From Octopus bimaculoides (lineage: Eukaryota), in the NCBI RefSeq assembly GCF_001194135.2, contig NC_069002.1, positions 15,170,689 through 15,234,688 of the forward strand: DNA of 64,000 nucleotides, read 5' to 3'. Positions 1 to 64,000 of the stretch are shown one piece after another. A program made the translations under genes and the position numbers. The notes beneath the pieces were generated by a model that had not been told where the DNA came from, did no database searches, and saw only the letters and a program-made list of their open reading frames with translations. The first letter of the stretch is position 1. The number at the start of each line of letters is the position of its first letter.

Positions 1-274
1 CCCTTAACGTAGTTCTCGGGGGATATTCAGCGTGACACAGTGTGTGACAAGGCTGACCCTTTGAATTACAGGCACAACAGAAACAGGAAGTAAGAGTGAG
101 AGAAAGTTGTGGTGGAAGAGTACAGCAGGGTTCGCCACCATTCCCTGCCAGAGCCTCGTGGAGCTTTAGGTGTTTTTGCTCAATAAACACTCACAATGCC
201 CAGTCTGGGAATCGAAACCGCGATCCTATGACCGCGAGTCCGCTGCCCTAACCACTGGGCCATTGCGCCTCCAC
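1..274 (-). mobile_element. tRNA-derived SINE family A (truncated by window edge)
   Basis: Reverse complement of head GTGGAGGCGCAATGGCCCAGTGGTTAGG...GGTTTCGATTCCC; matches the other family A copies. Confidence 0.85.
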
Positions 275-994
275 TAAAAAGTCAGATATAACAATGATAG
301 ATAAAGAAAAGGTAGTTATTGATTAATCCATAAAATCTAATTGATTCCAAGATTGTGAAAAAAGAAGACAAACTGCTCACGGCCAGTAAGGGGGGGAGTA
401 AGTTGGTTATGTTGACTCCTGTACTCGAAGACTTATCATTCTATCAACCCTGGAGGATGATCGAAAGCAAAGTTAACCTTTTCTGTTATTTGAACTCAGA
501 CCATAATAAACCAGAAGAAATAGAGCAAGATCTCTTTTCATCTAGCTCTCTGTTGTTTAGTCTAGCTTTCTATTCTGTTCAATCTAGCTCTCTACTCTTT
601 TATCTTATTTCTTTATTGCCCCCCACAAGGGGCTAAACATAGAGGGGACAAACAAGGACAGACAAAGCGATTAAGTTGATTACATCGACTCCAGTGCGTA
701 ACTGGTACTTAATTTATCGACTCTGAAAGGATGAAAGGCAAAGTCGACCTCTACTCTTTTATCTAACTCTCCACTGCTTAATCTCTCAACATCTTTACTG
801 ACAAATTATCAGTTCAATCAAAAACATCTTTTGACATTTCTTCTGCTTGTGTTCTATAGCCCCACCCCTACCTCTTGTGGCTCTTAGGAAATCTATAATC
901 AAGAATGGTATTGTTCTCAAAATGATTGATATAAAACAAATAAAATTAAATTAAGATATTAGAAAAATAGACTTAATTTAAATAGTGAACTTAC

Positions 995-63758
<62,764 letters not shown>

Positions 63759-64000
63759 CTGTAGAAGGAAACCAGATTGAAATATAAGTTTATCTCACTC
63801 ACAACATCCACATCTAGCCCCACCTCTAACCATCTGGCACTCTCTCCTTACACTTTTATGGAATTATACCCCCTTTCCTTTCCCCTGATCCACTGCCCAT
63901 ATCGTCTCTTAGATTTACCTTCTTGTACCTTGAGAGTACACTCTGGCACCCTGTCAACACCATCTTTATCTGCCTTCTAGCTACTCTTACTTACATTCAC

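Overview
AT-rich, repeat-dense animal genomic DNA with five assembly gaps. The SINE families and transposon relics look like Octopus/coleoid cephalopod (inference from repeat content, not proven). The whole window lies inside one minus-strand gene that runs off both edges. I traced 35 GT-AG exons (5868 nt, 1956 codons) that splice in one open frame with matching intron phases. They encode a VWDE-like (von Willebrand factor D and EGF domain) extracellular protein whose roughly 800-aa, 15-exon core is tandemly repeated: the end of one copy, two complete copies and the start of a fourth. The core runs Ig-like, linker domain, VWD, C8-like, EGF, IPT/TIG-like, Cys-rich. The introns hold at least four short interspersed repeat families and relics of RTE, L1/Tx1, HERO-type RLE, LTR-type RT, Penelope-like (GIY-YIG), Tc1 DD36E and DD37D elements. 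The most unusual element is a 466-bp insertion (25232-25697) with a 12-bp target-site duplication. It consists of two tRNA-headed units joined head-to-head as a palindrome, each carrying a minimal type I hammerhead ribozyme motif. The copy antisense to the host gene is intact; the host-sense copy is mutated. All alignments were done by eye; repeat boundaries are approximate unless a TSD or TIR defines them.
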